The position numbers and the translations under genes were made by a program. The notes under the pieces are model-generated. The model did no database searches, had not been told where the DNA came from, and saw only the letters and a program-made list of their open reading frames with translations. Of a stretch of DNA of 64,000 bases, positions 61,701-64,000 are shown piece after piece. The stretch's first letter is position 1. The number at the start of each line of letters is the position of its first letter. The stretch is from Vicugna vicugna (lineage: Eukaryota). The DNA lies in the NCBI GenBank assembly GCA_013265495.1, contig MU058687.1:1302001-1366000 (forward strand), read 5' to 3'.

Positions 61701-64000
61701 TGCTTTGGGCTTTAGGACAGAGCGTGTTTGTGAGATGATGTTGTGGGTCTGCTGTTGGCATGGTAATAAGAATAACTTCTATTTCGGTAACACTTTTCAT
61801 TCTGAAGGAACCCAAGAGTTTCATAAATTATACACAAACGACTCTTCCTCTGAATGGCAGGAATTTTTTCCTCTGGAATTAGGAGCAAGTAGCTAGATGA
61901 ACAAATGTGAAAGCCTGAGTTTAGGAATGGGTTGATGGCAGAAGATGGCATTTCCTATATCATTGGGTACAAATCTTACCAGGAAAATTTTCCTTCTAGA
62001 TCAAAAATCCCTTACAGTGCCGACCTTGGGACAGCTGTGTAAATACAGGTGCTTGCTAGTTGAATTATGTATGATATCTAAGTTGTCTTTGTATCTCTCA
62101 GTATTGAATCTTAATAAATATTTTAAATACGTAAATTTTGATGGATGAACATACCACCAAATTCTAATATAACACAGCTCATTAGTCTATGGATCTGAAA
62201 GAGCCAGGTTTCCCAAAACATAAATTATCCACCCAGAACAAGCCTAACAGAGTTGATGAGCTTGACACACAGTTATTTGTCTTGTCCCCTGGACCAGCAG
62301 GGAAAAGGAGATGTTCTGTCCTTGGTGAGCTGCGTGTTTCCCACATATAACTGCAGGGTATATTCTGGCTGACATGATGGAGCCCATAAGGCATCCACTC
62401 CCCGGGGGATTGAAGCTTTGGCATGGACATGGCTTGGCTCTTACAGTCCCACAGAATTTGAGACCTCAGGCTGGTGCTTGTGTTTCTGATTTGGGTTTTC
62501 CTGTCACCCTTACCGTCAGCTACCATAGCAGGGGGACTCCCATTACTAGCAACTGGACTGAGGCACCGTTTCTTAGCTGCTCTTTGGAATGCATTGGAGA
62601 CCCTTCTCTTCCACTGGCCAAAGCACTCCTAAAGGATTTGCTTCCTAGGGCTGAAGGGAACCTGCCTTCCAGTGGAGGGAGCTTCTAAGGGAATCGGGAA
62701 GGGGAACAGACGAGAATCAAAGACAGGGCTTGTAGGGGTCTGATGGGGAAATGAAGCTAAGAATGGGGAAGATATAAATGAATCACTGTGTGTCTGTTTT
62801 ATTAATAATTGACCTAAGCAGAATTTCCCCACTCCTGCCCCACCCCCCGACCCCTTACTGGGGGCTGGAGCTCACTACTCTAGCCAAGACCACCAAGGGG
62901 TGGTCTCCTCACTGTCCTCCAACTGTCCCCACCCTCCAATGTGAAAGTGATCTTTCTAAAACACAAATCTGGTCACCCAACTGTGTAAAACTCTTCAGAG
63001 GCTCCTTATTTCTCTCTCCAGAGAAAACCCAAATGCCTGAGCAGACAGAGAAGGGTCTCTGTGACCTGGGTCCTGGTTATCCCCCTGGCTCAGGTCACAC
63101 AGCAATCCTCTCAACTCTTCCCAAAGCGGGCCTCCTCCCACCTGCCTCATTCAACTCCCTGACAACTTAAACCTTGCTGAAACGCTTGTAATCCCCTGAA
63201 TGTGCTGAGCCCTCTTGTCTCTGATGTGCTAGCATGGACTGTTCCATGTACCTGGAATGCTCTTCCAGTCTGTTTTTTTGTCCCCCTGAGCTTCCTTCAG
63301 GCCTCAACTTAAATTTACCTTCTCCAGGAATTTGTGTTAACTCTTCCAATCAAGTTCCTCTCCTCTGGCATCTTTGCTCACCTCTGCCCTGGTACTTAAA
63401 ACGCTCTCCAGTCTATCTTGCCAAGACCACAGGCTTCTACGGGACAAGGGCTCTGCAGCTCCTGACCTGGCTTGCAACAAGTGTTTGTTGAATGAATGAC
63501 TGAATTTGAGCAGAAGTCACATTTCAGAACTAAAAGTTCCTCAAATGTCGTAAGGGATAAGATTGGTGGGAAATGCCAATGAAGTTGAAGAGCAAAGGCC
63601 AGGTCCTGGGAAATCTGACCGTAAATGACACCAGTAGACCCATAATTATCTCCAAAGCCTAAGACAGAGGCTGTTCTGCCCCACTGCTGTATCAGGCAGC
63701 TAGGATCGTTGCTCGGGGTAGAATGGTTAGTGTGATGCCAGTGTCCCCATGGTGACCAGCCATCACTGATTAGCATCTCTCCCATGCTCTACACAGCACC
63801 TGCCTTTTCTGCCCTCCACCCTACCACGCATCTGTGGGGCGGCGGGGAGAGGACCTGCATATGGACCTCAGGGACCCTCAGGGAGGAACACAGGCTGCTA
63901 CCCATTCCCTCCCTGTGGCCACACCAAGAACTACCAAGGCAGCTGTGATTCTACCACAACCATCAGAGCCTCACGGCTCCATCCCACTGGGCTGGCGGCT

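Overview
Mammalian genomic DNA, most likely a camelid: five copies of a tRNA-derived SINE resembling camelid Vic-1, plus L1, L2, MIR, MaLR and MER repeats. The left part holds the 5' end of TMED10 (p24delta1/TMP21) on the minus strand. Coding exons 1-3 lie at 25574-25798, 7177-7288 and 2445-2518, all with GT-AG junctions and an intact frame; the rest of the gene is off the left edge. Intron 1 contains a 5'-inverted (twin-primed) L1 with a second L1 fragment nested in it, and a CpG-retaining bZIP motif cluster. The 38 kb upstream of the CpG-island promoter (the TMED10-FOS interval by known mammalian synteny; FOS itself is not in the window) has no intact gene. It does contain a series of plus-strand exon-like segments between about 27 and 51 kb, with splice signals, several phase-consistent junctions, in-frame stops and transposons inserted within them. 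My best reading is a decayed multi-exon protein-coding gene (candidate unitary pseudogene) head-to-head with TMED10. I could not assign it to a family, and it needs homology searches to confirm. A candidate FOS-upstream enhancer lies near 61.3-61.7 kb. Repeat family names come from recalled consensus resemblance, not from a database search.
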